From a virus (Duplodnaviria; Heunggongvirae; Uroviricota; Caudoviricetes), in IMG/VR virus record IMGVR_UViG_3300042901_002340: a stretch of DNA of 64,000 nt, one strand, 5' to 3'. Below the pieces are notes generated by a model. It did no database searches. It was given only the letters and a program-made list of their open reading frames with translations, and was not told the DNA's origin. Below, piece by piece: positions 39,143-48,620 of this stretch (its first letter is position 1; each line of letters begins with the position of its first letter). A program made the position numbers and the translations under genes.

Positions 39143-39679
39143 TTAATTCTGATCTTTCTGTAGGTTGATCACATCTCTTATTTTAGCTGCAAGCTCAAAT
39201 TTCTCATCACCCAAAGCTTTATTTAACATTTTATCTAAAGTATCAGAATCGGTAATTTCTGCATCCTGCTTATTTTTCAGATTATTAGCTATAATATACA
39301 TTCTCTGTGGTGAATATATAACCTCGAGAGTTGGATCTAAAACAAGATCACTGATCAAATCTTCTCCCTCCTCCTCCATTTCTTCCTTTATCTCGTTTAG
39401 GTATTCCTCGGTCCATACTGGATTATTCCAAAAGATCATCCAATATCCATATATAAGTTCTGGTATATTGTTATCTATGACATATTTAAGAAGACTTTTC
39501 AGTTCATTTTTTAGATCATTCTTAGTTATACCGTCAGCAAATGCTTTTCTTTTAACCCCAGGAATAACTGATACTCCGTCGCCAACTCCATGTTTAAAAC
39601 ATTTGTTAACCTCAAATATGACATCCCAATCCATCCCAGAAAGGATCTTGTCGATTATTTTATCAGTTTCCTTTTTCAT
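39143..39679 (-). CDS. Protein with a C-terminal UVR (UvrB/C) motif
   Basis: LDKMLNKALGDEKFELAAKIRDVI. Confidence 0.7.
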   Translation of the reverse strand: MKKETDKIIDKILSGMDWDVIFEVNKCFKHGVGDGVSVIPGVKRKAFADGITKNDLKNELKSLLKYVIDNNIPELIYGYWMIFWNNPVWTEEYLNEIKEEMEEEGEDLISDLVLDPTLEVIYSPQRMYIIANNLKNKQDAEITDSDTLDKMLNKALGDEKFELAAKIRDVINLQKDQN

Positions 39680-39690
39680 CCTCTATATAT

Positions 39691-40113
39691 CTATTTTTTT
39701 AAACCTATCTGATCAGAAACATCTATCATCCAAGCGTTATATTTATCCGGATAGAATTCTTTTAATTGGGAAAGATCCCTTCTGGATATCCTATATCTAT
39801 CACAGATAAAAATTTCAACCTCACTATAATCAGAGGTTTTAGTTTTTTTCCCCACACTTTCCTTCTTTATTGTTTTAGTGTATATCCAGGATGGGGGTTT
39901 GGAAAATCTATTTGATAATGTATTCCTCCACCAATCGACCACAAAATGAGGGGTTACTCTCATTTTGTTAAATTGGTTTGCCTGTACTGGAAACTGTATA
40001 GACATGATTCTATTTATCATGAAGAAGTTTCGTGTCTTATCGTTCTTGCCGACTGAATCCCAGGTTCTTTGATTTTTTGAGAATATATTTTTTACTATAT
40101 CAAAAAGCTCCAT
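39691..40113 (-). CDS. Putative clamp-loader small subunit (gp62-like)
   Basis: ELFDIVKNIF...FFMINRIMS...ANQFN pattern, in the clamp-loader operon. Confidence 0.5.
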   Translation of the reverse strand: MELFDIVKNIFSKNQRTWDSVGKNDKTRNFFMINRIMSIQFPVQANQFNKMRVTPHFVVDWWRNTLSNRFSKPPSWIYTKTIKKESVGKKTKTSDYSEVEIFICDRYRISRRDLSQLKEFYPDKYNAWMIDVSDQIGLKK

Positions 40114-41270
40114 TATTGTAAGTATGAAAAAGGATCAAATCCTTTAGGTTGATATCCAGTTGTTACCCATTCACTTCCCTCTAATATCTTTATTCTGTCG
40201 AGTGTAACATTTTTCTTTTGCATTTCCATTCCTCTAGATATTTCTTGCGATGCACCCTTTATAACAAATGGTGGTATAACTTTATGATTTAACCACATAA
40301 GTATCAGATTTCTTTCAAAATTAAGAGCAACTTTTTTTCTATTTTCTGTTTTATCAACATCCTTTGTTGTTCTTAATATCAATCCGCCAATCCAATTAAG
40401 AAACTCTTCATTTTTAATAAGTGCATCAAAAGGTATATTTACCCATTCAGTTTCAAGAAAAGCAGAATAAACCTTCTTGGCCTTACTATCAGTGAATCTA
40501 ACAACCTTATCCTCACCATCCTTGTTTTTAACCACATATTCCCAAACACTGGGAACCGAGTCTCCATCATCGCCGATTAATATCTTATGAAATATGAATG
40601 CATAGCTATCAATCTCCTCTATATTTACCTTCTTTAAGAATTCCTTAAATTTATCCTTCTCCGGTGAAATAGCGGATGACATATTAAATATACTCATACC
40701 AACAGATTCGTTTTTATTAAGCCATTCGTTCTCCCATCCGGTATGGACAGAAATCATATTTTTCTTGGAATTTGTATTCCAGACAGCGGTCCAAGCTTTA
40801 TCATTCATTTTTGCCAACTGGTGCATATCATGATCTCCACTTATAATAAGACAATTTTCACCGTTTAAATTAAAATAATCAGACCAGAACATTAAAAGAT
40901 CATCACCCTCGGCTCCTTCAGATCTCGAGAATATAAACCCCATTTTTTCTAGCTGCTCTCCAAAAGCTGACATAAGTTCAAAAAATATTGTCCAATCAAC
41001 AGTTTCGTCTTTTACCCTTCCGGACTTATATCCACCATCCTCTATCTCGACATCTTTTCTCCAGCTTCTACTATCTGCTGTAAATACCATTCTTCCCCCT
41101 TGTGGAAGCATCTTAAGTGAAGCACATAAATCAGTAGCAACTTTTCTTATAAAAGCTGCTTGTTCAGATTTTTCTTTCAGTACCTTACCTGGATCCATGT
41201 TACCATAACCAGCAAATACACCAAATGTCTTATGGAAATGATGATTACCGTCTATACATATGTTTATCAT
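40113..41270 (-). CDS. 5'-3' exonuclease / T4 RNase H-like flap endonuclease
   Basis: IDGN, DSRSWRK, YKSGR, EGDD, SGDHD and ILIGDDGDSVP motifs. Confidence 0.88.
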   Translation of the reverse strand: MINICIDGNHHFHKTFGVFAGYGNMDPGKVLKEKSEQAAFIRKVATDLCASLKMLPQGGRMVFTADSRSWRKDVEIEDGGYKSGRVKDETVDWTIFFELMSAFGEQLEKMGFIFSRSEGAEGDDLLMFWSDYFNLNGENCLIISGDHDMHQLAKMNDKAWTAVWNTNSKKNMISVHTGWENEWLNKNESVGMSIFNMSSAISPEKDKFKEFLKKVNIEEIDSYAFIFHKILIGDDGDSVPSVWEYVVKNKDGEDKVVRFTDSKAKKVYSAFLETEWVNIPFDALIKNEEFLNWIGGLILRTTKDVDKTENRKKVALNFERNLILMWLNHKVIPPFVIKGASQEISRGMEMQKKNVTLDRIKILEGSEWVTTGYQPKGFDPFSYLQ

Positions 41271-41272
41271 TA

Positions 41273-41806
41273 TTAATTTTTTAATTGTTTATCTAGATTG
41301 ATCCGTACAAATTCACTATCTATGACGAAATTGGGATCATTTATTCTATAATCAAAATCAGTAAAGTTTTCAAAATCTCTCTCATCAGCAGCTAACCTTC
41401 TATCCACATTATCAGCATCGTTGCGTTTAAGAAGTCTCTCTCTTCTGATATTTTCCAAAATGTCGATATAAACTATAAATGATTCCTTCCTATCGTCAGG
41501 TTTTAATTTATTTATTCCGCCGGGAGTCATTATGAACAAATTAGATTTTTCAAATTCATCCAGTGAAGTACCATATATCCATCCATTAAACTCGACATAT
41601 TCATAGAAAAGATTCTTTGCCACATAATGATGTATGGCAGAATCCAAACTTATGAAATAGTAATCAACACCATCGAGTTCATCTTTTCTTGGAGGTCTGG
41701 TTGTGTGAGATACACAGTATCTATATCCAAAATTTTCAAATTGTTGTCTAGCGTAATCTTTTCCTGATGCAGCTTTTCCAACAAGTATTAGTCTTCTATT
41801 GTCCAT
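41273..41806 (-). CDS. gmk: Guanylate kinase
   Basis: GKAASGKD, VSHTTRPPRKDELDGVDYYFIS and FNGWIYGT. Confidence 0.9.
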   Translation of the reverse strand: MDNRRLILVGKAASGKDYARQQFENFGYRYCVSHTTRPPRKDELDGVDYYFISLDSAIHHYVAKNLFYEYVEFNGWIYGTSLDEFEKSNLFIMTPGGINKLKPDDRKESFIVYIDILENIRRERLLKRNDADNVDRRLAADERDFENFTDFDYRINDPNFVIDSEFVRINLDKQLKN

Positions 41807-42750
41807 TATTCCATAAGTTTTTGGATCTGAAAAAATAAGGATAACAGAGAAACCATCGGATCTATCACTTGTGTTCTCTGTGCCTGATGATCCGCAACAA
41901 GAACTATAACTGCAGGTATAATCTTGGATAATTCTGGTTTATTGTTTATAATCCAGTTTATAAATTCCTCACCAAGAGCAGACATAACATCATCAGTTTT
42001 TCCCTGATATTCACCAACAATCATCTGGTAATTTTTAACAGGATCTTTGGATGTAACTAAAAGATTATATAGGTGCTCATAAGACCACCCAAACTCTTTA
42101 ACCCTGGCTGAGTCTATATTATTGACACCCTCGATCATCCATGCTTGAATCTTATTTAGTGCTGCTCTGAAATCCGGATAGTAGCTTTTCTGAAATTCAG
42201 AAAGTGCTTCATCCTCTATAGTAACATTAATCTTACCAAGTATAAATTTTACTCTAGTTGACCACTCGTTCTTAAGATCCTCGTCTTCCGATGTACTTAT
42301 TGGATTGAAATCTATAACTTCAAATCTACTCTGTATGGCATCTGGAACCTTATTTATATAGTTACATGTTGCTATGAATCTTGTATTTGATGCATATTTC
42401 TCAACAGTTCCTCTTAATGCTTTATAAAACTGATCCGATGCACCATCAAACTCATCAAGTACCACAACCTTTTTAGAAGATTTCCCATCCATAACAGATA
42501 TAGTCGAACAGAAATCAGTTATCTTGGTTCTAATAGTTTCAACAGAGCTTTCATCGGAAACATTTATAAATAAATGTGGAAATGGAGCTGCTAATATTTT
42601 TGCTAGGGTTGTTTTACCACATCCAGGGGATCCGCTAAGTAGAACATTCTGGCCTAATCCATTCTCAAAAACCTTAGATATCCTAGATGGTAATATCATA
42701 TGCTCCAGTTTCTTTGGTCTGAGCTTTTCTGTTAATAATTCTTGTATCAT
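41806..42750 (-). CDS. Clamp-loader large subunit (RFC/gp44-like AAA+)
   Basis: EKLRPK, GSPGCGKTT, VVLDEFD, FIATCN, IQSRF and PDFR. Confidence 0.92.
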   Translation of the reverse strand: MIQELLTEKLRPKKLEHMILPSRISKVFENGLGQNVLLSGSPGCGKTTLAKILAAPFPHLFINVSDESSVETIRTKITDFCSTISVMDGKSSKKVVVLDEFDGASDQFYKALRGTVEKYASNTRFIATCNYINKVPDAIQSRFEVIDFNPISTSEDEDLKNEWSTRVKFILGKINVTIEDEALSEFQKSYYPDFRAALNKIQAWMIEGVNNIDSARVKEFGWSYEHLYNLLVTSKDPVKNYQMIVGEYQGKTDDVMSALGEEFINWIINNKPELSKIIPAVIVLVADHQAQRTQVIDPMVSLLSLFFQIQKLME

Positions 42751-42757
42751 GTATTAA

Positions 42758-44095
42758 TTAAAATTTATTACTTAAATCGTCAGCAGTATCTTTATCATTT
42801 CTTATTTCTATAAATCTGGGTAAAAATAATGATCGGTTACCATGTTTATCCTCTATGGTAACATTATATTGGACTGCTATTATTTTACCAATATGTTCAT
42901 CCGGGGTTTCACTTAAAGTTTTAAGATCATTGTCAGTAAACCCAGATCCCACTTTAACGTTCAGAGTACCAGAAGCATCGGTACAAATAAATCCACCAAT
43001 ATATCCCTCTCTTTTTCCCTCCCCTGGATACCATCCACTAACAACAAGATCACAATCATTAACTTCCTTAAGTTTTATCCAGGTTTTGGATCTTTTACAT
43101 TCATAAACAGAATTACTTTTACATATAACACCCTCCCCACCATCAGCAACTATTTTTTTATAAATTTCAGTAACATCAGCAGAATTATCAAGTTCCCACA
43201 TTTTTGCAAGAACAACCGGACTATTTTCTGGTAGAAATGATATTACTTTTTCTAAGGTTGCTCTTCTTGTAAGATAATCAAGAATACCAAAACCGTGTGT
43301 TAATGTTGCAACCTCTTCAAAATCAAATACATTAAACAACATACTGTCATCTATGTTCTTTGGTGCGGTACCTTTTAATATCTGAGTTACTTTACCACTC
43401 ACTGATTTTCTATTTAGATCTGTTAATTCACCATCAAAGAACCAATCACCAAGTATTCCCTGTCCACTGTTTATCATTGCAGTTTTTAGAGAAAAAGTTA
43501 TTCGAGAAAGACATGTTGGATCCAATTCATTAAAAGCCCTAGTAAAGTAGGATATCTCTCCACCTTTACATATTGCGATAACTCTTACGCCATCATATTT
43601 CTCTTCACAATATATTTTTTTCCAGCTTTCTATAGTTTCCTGATCGTCAGTAGCAAGCATAACCGAAGGATCAGGTATAAGTTCATACGATAGAGCTTTG
43701 TTTATAAGTTTAGCCCCAATACCTATATTCATTCTTTTAGTTATGATTTTCATAAGTACAGATCTTAATTCAAAGTCCTCATTTGAATCCTCACTGAGTC
43801 TATATGAAATTAAATCACAAGCCCTACCTCTTAGAATATCATTTGCTGCTGGCGCGGTTTTAAGCTCCTCTAGTAGTGATTTAAAGTCTTCCCATAGATT
43901 ATGATTGCTTTCGGATAAAGTATCGTTAAAATTAATCTTATGGAGTTTTGTTGTTATGAATGGGTTGAAGCAAATATCCAATATGTACTTCAGTTCATCA
44001 TCAATGTTGGATTTTATCAGATCCTGTTTGGATTTCTGTGATCCATTTCCCGTTAGGGATTCAAGTTGTTTAAATAGTCTTAATTTCTCTATCAT
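42758..44095 (-). CDS. lig: ATP-dependent DNA ligase
   Basis: EEKYDGVR, DGEL, FNVFD, EGVICK, WIKLK, VGSGF and LFLPRF. The likely start is 44095 (MIEKL), downstream of the promoter. Confidence 0.93.
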   Translation of the reverse strand: MIEKLRLFKQLESLTGNGSQKSKQDLIKSNIDDELKYILDICFNPFITTKLHKINFNDTLSESNHNLWEDFKSLLEELKTAPAANDILRGRACDLISYRLSEDSNEDFELRSVLMKIITKRMNIGIGAKLINKALSYELIPDPSVMLATDDQETIESWKKIYCEEKYDGVRVIAICKGGEISYFTRAFNELDPTCLSRITFSLKTAMINSGQGILGDWFFDGELTDLNRKSVSGKVTQILKGTAPKNIDDSMLFNVFDFEEVATLTHGFGILDYLTRRATLEKVISFLPENSPVVLAKMWELDNSADVTEIYKKIVADGGEGVICKSNSVYECKRSKTWIKLKEVNDCDLVVSGWYPGEGKREGYIGGFICTDASGTLNVKVGSGFTDNDLKTLSETPDEHIGKIIAVQYNVTIEDKHGNRSLFLPRFIEIRNDKDTADDLSNKF

Positions 44096-44116
44096 GTTCA
44101 ATATTTTTAATTTGTA

Positions 44117-44137
44117 CAAAAGTAATAAAATTATACG
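44117..44137 (-). promoter_or_regulatory. Host-type (TAnnTTTG) early promoter
   Basis: Minus strand CGT-N10-TACTTTTGTA upstream of the ligase operon. Confidence 0.7.
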
Positions 44138-44156
44138 GTTTAAAAAAATAAAACAC

Positions 44157-44188
44157 AAAAAAAAGGAATATTTTCATATTCCTTTTTT
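44157..44188 (-). terminator. Intrinsic terminator after the portal genes
   Basis: aaaaaaggaatat-tttc-atattcctttttt. Confidence 0.8.
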
Positions 44189-44191
44189 ATT

Positions 44192-45841
44192 CTATAGAGT
44201 TACTTGTGGGGGTTTTTCTTCGCCCTCTCCCGCGGGCGGTGTTTCCTCAGTGGCTCCTGGTGCAGGCTGTTCACCTCCTCCTTCAGCCGGAGCTGGAGCA
44301 GCCGCTGCTTTCTCCTCATTCTTCTTATATTCGTCATTCAATTTAAGTTGGTCTGGTGACATACCTAAAAATCTCTGTATAAGGAAATCATTATCGAAAT
44401 ATGGTACATCCTCCTCACCAGATTTCACTTTAAGATCCGCAAGACCCACTATAAATTCACCTTTCTTTTTAAGATTTGTCATTTCAACCTGATCCTCGAA
44501 TTCAAGATCTCTATTAAAATCTAAACCGATATTGGATTTAAAATTTCTATCTTTGGCTAATTCAGGATAATCGAGACACATTTGTATATAAAGGGGTTTT
44601 ACTAATATTTCCTGAAAAATCGATCTAAGTCTTCTTAAGAATTTCTCAAATCTTATCTCATCTCTCTCCAATTGATCTATGGCTATCTGATAGTTAGCCG
44701 GGGTTCCGTTTTTTGCTGCAAATCTTGCATAAGGAATTTTAGAATCCATCTTTAACTTATTAAAGAAATAAAGAACATTGTCCATCACATTAAAATCTGG
44801 TCCAGCAGGATTAAGAGAAGATATTTCAGGAGAAACTCCATTCTGTTCAGGAAATAAATAATTCTTATAGAATTGTACCTTAGGTCTACCATTAACTGTT
44901 AATTCCCCCGATGAGTCATTTATACTAATTTCCTCCTTATAATTGGACATAAGTTGTCCAAGGGTCTGCATAGCCTTTTGTGGTGATTGTGTACCGATCG
45001 GTATAATGAATTTCATTCGGTAACTAGCATTCATAACATTCCAAATAACCCTGGAATTTTCCATTATTCTTAGAATATTATAAGATCTAACAAGTCTTTC
45101 AACGTAACTAGTTCTTGATATGGTATTACCCTTAGCATATGAGATGTATATTATTTGTTCATTAGTAAGCTTTCTATACATCTGTGGATTACCCGGATAT
45201 TGAATCCAGAATTGTTTATATTCACTCTCTCCAACTCTTTCAACCACAGGTTCAAGCGAAGCTGCATCCAATTCCTTGAATCCTATTATTTCCTTGCCCT
45301 TACTATCATAAATAATCTCAAATGCTAGAAACCCATCTATGATAAACTGTCTAAAATATTGCCAACCTAAAACTGTATTTTGAAACTGAAATATATTATA
45401 GATTCTATTAAAATGAGACATTACTTTTTCTTTCACCTTATCTTTCAGATCCAGATTTGAAAATGAAGGTTGTGCAAAATAATTTCTGTCATCATAAACT
45501 ATAGCCTCGTCAGTTATTATATCAAGTATAAATTCAATCTCTCCATTTATTGAGAATTTTCTAAGGTAGTTTCTTTTTTCGATATATGACTTATCGAAAT
45601 ATGCTATATACTTTCTTACCTTTGTGTCATGGTAGGAAGCGGTCCATTGAAATGCACTATCCTTTGTATATCCTGTTCCCTCCTGATTAAAAAAAGCTCC
45701 CTCGGTCCTACCTATAGCCTGCGAGTTCCTAACAATCATATCATCATATTGCATACCAAACTTGGAAATATTACCAAGATTTTTCAATATGTTACCTAAT
45801 GCTGCTTGATTTGGTTTTAAATAGTCTAAAAATCCTGCCAT
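44192..45841 (-). CDS. Portal protein, gp20-like (paralogue B)
   Basis: EIEFILDIITDEAI, FRQFIIDG, SYVERLVRSYNILRIMENSRVIW, YFFNKL..DSKIP and RDEIRFEKFLRRLRSIF. Confidence 0.88.
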   Translation of the reverse strand: MAGFLDYLKPNQAALGNILKNLGNISKFGMQYDDMIVRNSQAIGRTEGAFFNQEGTGYTKDSAFQWTASYHDTKVRKYIAYFDKSYIEKRNYLRKFSINGEIEFILDIITDEAIVYDDRNYFAQPSFSNLDLKDKVKEKVMSHFNRIYNIFQFQNTVLGWQYFRQFIIDGFLAFEIIYDSKGKEIIGFKELDAASLEPVVERVGESEYKQFWIQYPGNPQMYRKLTNEQIIYISYAKGNTISRTSYVERLVRSYNILRIMENSRVIWNVMNASYRMKFIIPIGTQSPQKAMQTLGQLMSNYKEEISINDSSGELTVNGRPKVQFYKNYLFPEQNGVSPEISSLNPAGPDFNVMDNVLYFFNKLKMDSKIPYARFAAKNGTPANYQIAIDQLERDEIRFEKFLRRLRSIFQEILVKPLYIQMCLDYPELAKDRNFKSNIGLDFNRDLEFEDQVEMTNLKKKGEFIVGLADLKVKSGEEDVPYFDNDFLIQRFLGMSPDQLKLNDEYKKNEEKAAAAPAPAEGGGEQPAPGATEETPPAGEGEEKPPQVTL

Positions 45842-45845
45842 CTTA

Positions 45846-47462
45846 TTATAATGTTACTTGAGGTGGTTTTTCTTCTCCTCCTTCTTTTTTGCCTTCCTCG
45901 CCTTCTTTAGGTTTCTCTGCCTTTGCTTTTTCTTTCGCTTTTCTTTCTTTGGCTTCCTTATTTGCTGTTATATCTTGCTTCGACATCCCTAGATATTCCT
46001 CAATAAGGAAAGCATTAGAGAAGAAAGGTTTTCCTTCGTCATTTAGAAGTCCTCCAAGACCAGTTATGGTCTCTTTCCTTTGTGCCATCTTTGCTATTTC
46101 CTGATTCTCTTTAAATGGATTATCCGACCAATAGCTAAGACCCAATTGACTTTTAAAAAGGAAATCTTTCTCCAGTTGCGGATACTTATTAACCATCTGT
46201 ATCCACATAGGCTTAACTAATATTTCCTGGAAAACAGATCTAAGTCTAGAAATAAATTTATAAAATCTTATCTCTTCTTTATCTAGACCTTCCGCACCAT
46301 TCGAATATGGAGATGTACTACCACCATCAGGATTGTGAAATCTCGAAGGAGGAACTTTAGACTCAAGTATAAACTTATCAAAGAAATATGTCAATGGAGC
46401 AGGATCATTAAGATTAGGACCCTCCGTATTAATAGGCTCTATAGTTGGTGTACCATTAACTCCAGAAGGCATAAGGTAGTTTTTATAGAATTGTATTTTA
46501 GGTCTACCATCAACTGTAAGTTCACCACTCTCATCATTAAGTTGTATATCTTCTTTATAAACACTCATAAGTTCACCCAATGTTTGCATACCTTTTTGTT
46601 GAGATTTAGTCCCGATTGGAACAGTCATCTTCAATTTAAAGGAAGCATTCATAACAGACCATATGACTCTCGTATATTCTATTATTCTCAATATATTATA
46701 GGGTCTTATTAATCTCTCGATGTAACTAACCCTAGATATAGAGTTTCCTTTAGCATATGAGATATAGATTATCTGAGGATCATAAAGGGTTCTTTTCTTC
46801 TTGGGATCCTGTGGATATTGTGTCCATGTGCTAACAAAACTACCATCCAGTTGTTTTTCAACACTTGGTATTAAAGTTACAGGATCAAGTTCCTTGAAAC
46901 CAACTATTTTTTTACCGGTATCGTCATAAACGATCTCAAACGAAAGAAATCCGTCTATAATGAATTGTCTAAAGTATTGCCATGCAGTTATATCATCAGA
47001 GAATCCCCATATATCATACAGATTTTTATAAACATCATAGAGTTCATCCTTGACTTTCTCGTTTACGTCAGTCAAATCTATAAAATCTGGATATGCAAAA
47101 AAGTTTGCTGGATCATAAGTTATAGCTTCATCACAGATTGTATCAAGAACCCATTCAACCTCCGGATTAAGAGAAAACATTCTTAAAAAGTCCCTCTTTC
47201 CCTTATAATCTTTATCAAAATAACCTATAAATTGTCTGGTGGTAACATCCTGCTTTGCAAGAGCCCATAACATACTCTCGTCCTCGACATTTGACTTATT
47301 TTTATTAAGAAATGCTGCTTCAGTTACACCGACAGCTTGCGAATTTCTTATTACCATATCATCATACTTCATACCAAAGGTACTCAGTTTTTTAACTGAT
47401 TCCCTTATTCTCTGTACAACCGGTGATTCCGATGGCTTATTATTATCTACAAAACCTGCCAT
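45846..47462 (-). CDS. Portal protein, gp20-like (paralogue A)
   Basis: PEVEWVLDTICDEAI, FRQFIIDG, SYIERLIRPYNILRIIE, SKVPPSRF and EEIRFYKFISRLRSVF. Confidence 0.88.
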   Translation of the reverse strand: MAGFVDNNKPSESPVVQRIRESVKKLSTFGMKYDDMVIRNSQAVGVTEAAFLNKNKSNVEDESMLWALAKQDVTTRQFIGYFDKDYKGKRDFLRMFSLNPEVEWVLDTICDEAITYDPANFFAYPDFIDLTDVNEKVKDELYDVYKNLYDIWGFSDDITAWQYFRQFIIDGFLSFEIVYDDTGKKIVGFKELDPVTLIPSVEKQLDGSFVSTWTQYPQDPKKKRTLYDPQIIYISYAKGNSISRVSYIERLIRPYNILRIIEYTRVIWSVMNASFKLKMTVPIGTKSQQKGMQTLGELMSVYKEDIQLNDESGELTVDGRPKIQFYKNYLMPSGVNGTPTIEPINTEGPNLNDPAPLTYFFDKFILESKVPPSRFHNPDGGSTSPYSNGAEGLDKEEIRFYKFISRLRSVFQEILVKPMWIQMVNKYPQLEKDFLFKSQLGLSYWSDNPFKENQEIAKMAQRKETITGLGGLLNDEGKPFFSNAFLIEEYLGMSKQDITANKEAKERKAKEKAKAEKPKEGEEGKKEGGEEKPPQVTL

Positions 47463-47499
47463 TTATTTTATTTTTTGATATTTATATATCGAGATTCCA

Positions 47500-47985
47500 C
47501 TATCTACTCTTAAATAAAAAATTCTCGTCTATAACCCCGAATCTGTAGCCCCTCTTATCAGCCCATTCTTTAGCTGCCTTAAATTTGGCCTGGTTTGTTA
47601 TCCAAATTTGCATATTTCTATTATAGGATTTCAACTTAGCCATTGTTACTACACCTTCCATTATGGGTTTAATGGTTTGCTTTTCTGGTTTTATTTCTAT
47701 TATCCATTCCTGTTCATTGGTATCCTCCTTTAAGACTTTAATGTAAAAATCAACATTGTAATTATGATCCTTCTTATCAAGAGGATTGTAATAAGGTATA
47801 ACAACAGGTTCGGAACTCCACTTTAGTATTGCTTCGTTGGTGTCACAATACGTACAAAATCTATATTCCCATGATGATCTATAAATGATATTATGGATAT
47901 CACCTATGTACTTATCGGGATTTTTCGGGTCGTATTTTCCCGATTTATATTCACCGTTAGGTTTTATCTTCTTAATATCTGGCAT
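47500..47985 (-). CDS. Head completion nuclease, T4 gp4-like
   Basis: GKYDPKNPDKYIGD..IIYRSSWE, WSSE...IPY, YNVDF, IEIKP and NQAKFKAA. Confidence 0.88.
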   Translation of the reverse strand: MPDIKKIKPNGEYKSGKYDPKNPDKYIGDIHNIIYRSSWEYRFCTYCDTNEAILKWSSEPVVIPYYNPLDKKDHNYNVDFYIKVLKEDTNEQEWIIEIKPEKQTIKPIMEGVVTMAKLKSYNRNMQIWITNQAKFKAAKEWADKRGYRFGVIDENFLFKSR

Positions 47986-47988
47986 AAA

Positions 47989-48348
47989 CTAAATATTATA
48001 TGAGTTATCATCACCCGTTATATAACTAAATGGTATAGTAACTGGATTTTTTGGTGGATGTAATTTTTTCCAACCTTTCGCGAATCCATGCTTTGCTATT
48101 TGAGTAAAATAAGCAAATGGATTATTAGATTTCTCAGGATTAAATCTATTCCAGTATTTGCAAAGATCCTCCATGGCAAAGGCCATACAGTCCTCCTTAT
48201 CCTCCGGATCCTTATATGACATTTTTTTAGATATGCCCTCAATCATAAGATTGAACATTTCTATTGTCGCTGGTGTTAATTTCCCGGCATTTTTTGATTC
48301 TATAACTGCTGCCATTAGCTCGCTGTTCTTTACATAAACTTTCGCCAT
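47989..48348 (-). CDS. Late-transcription sigma factor, T4 gp55-like
   Basis: YVKNSEL, FNPEKSNNPFAYFTQIA. Length 119 aa. Confidence 0.85.
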   Translation of the reverse strand: MAKVYVKNSELMAAVIESKNAGKLTPATIEMFNLMIEGISKKMSYKDPEDKEDCMAFAMEDLCKYWNRFNPEKSNNPFAYFTQIAKHGFAKGWKKLHPPKNPVTIPFSYITGDDNSYNI

Positions 48349-48378
48349 TAATTGTTGATTATATTTGGATATTTAGTA

Positions 48379-48406
48379 TTTTAGTTAGTTAATACTAAAA
48401 GATTTC
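48379..48406 (-). promoter_or_regulatory. Candidate ECF-type middle promoter upstream of the gp55-like sigma gene
   Basis: GAAAT-N17-CTAAAA. Related G[AG]AA[CT]-N16-18-[GC]TA[CT]AA sites occur at 8142-8169, 19142-19170, 24489-24516, 38620-38647 and 55305-55331. Confidence 0.5.
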
Positions 48407-48412
48407 ATTCAC

Positions 48413-48447
48413 AAAAAAAGAATGTAGTAAAAAATACTACATTCTTC
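48413..48447 (-). terminator. Intrinsic terminator
   Basis: aagaatgtagta-aaaaa-tactacattctt next to an A-tract, directly after the TAA at 48454. Confidence 0.85.
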
Positions 48448-48453
48448 TTTTAA

Positions 48454-48620
48454 TTATTGTTTCTTTTCACCAGAATCGTCGTTATCGTCCTCAATTTCTT
48501 CAGTTTTACCTGTTGGTGCTTTAGCAAATTTTCCTTTCATCGATTGTACAAAAGGCTTACCTGGTTTATTTTGATCTTCACCCTTTGGAGCGAAATAGAA
48601 GTTGCGGCTTAGTTTTTTTT
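48454..48620 (-). other. Putative -1 frameshift extension (52 aa) of the 856-aa protein
   Basis: GTA AAA AAA AAC TAA (A_AAA_AAC heptamer). The -1 frame reads LSRNFYFAPKGEDQNKPGKPFVQSMKGKFAKAPTGKTEEIEDDNDDSGEKKQ*. Confidence 0.7.

Noticed and set aside
39683-39691. GATATATAG counted as a late promoter for the UVR-motif gene
   Set aside because: It lies only 3 nt before the ATG, too close for the spacing seen at the other copies. It may be chance or drive a downstream start, so it was not counted.
47500-47985. TnsA-like transposase / Tn7 element
   Set aside because: Motifs and position next to the portal and gp55-like genes fit T4 gp4 head-completion nuclease. No other tns genes or element ends are present.
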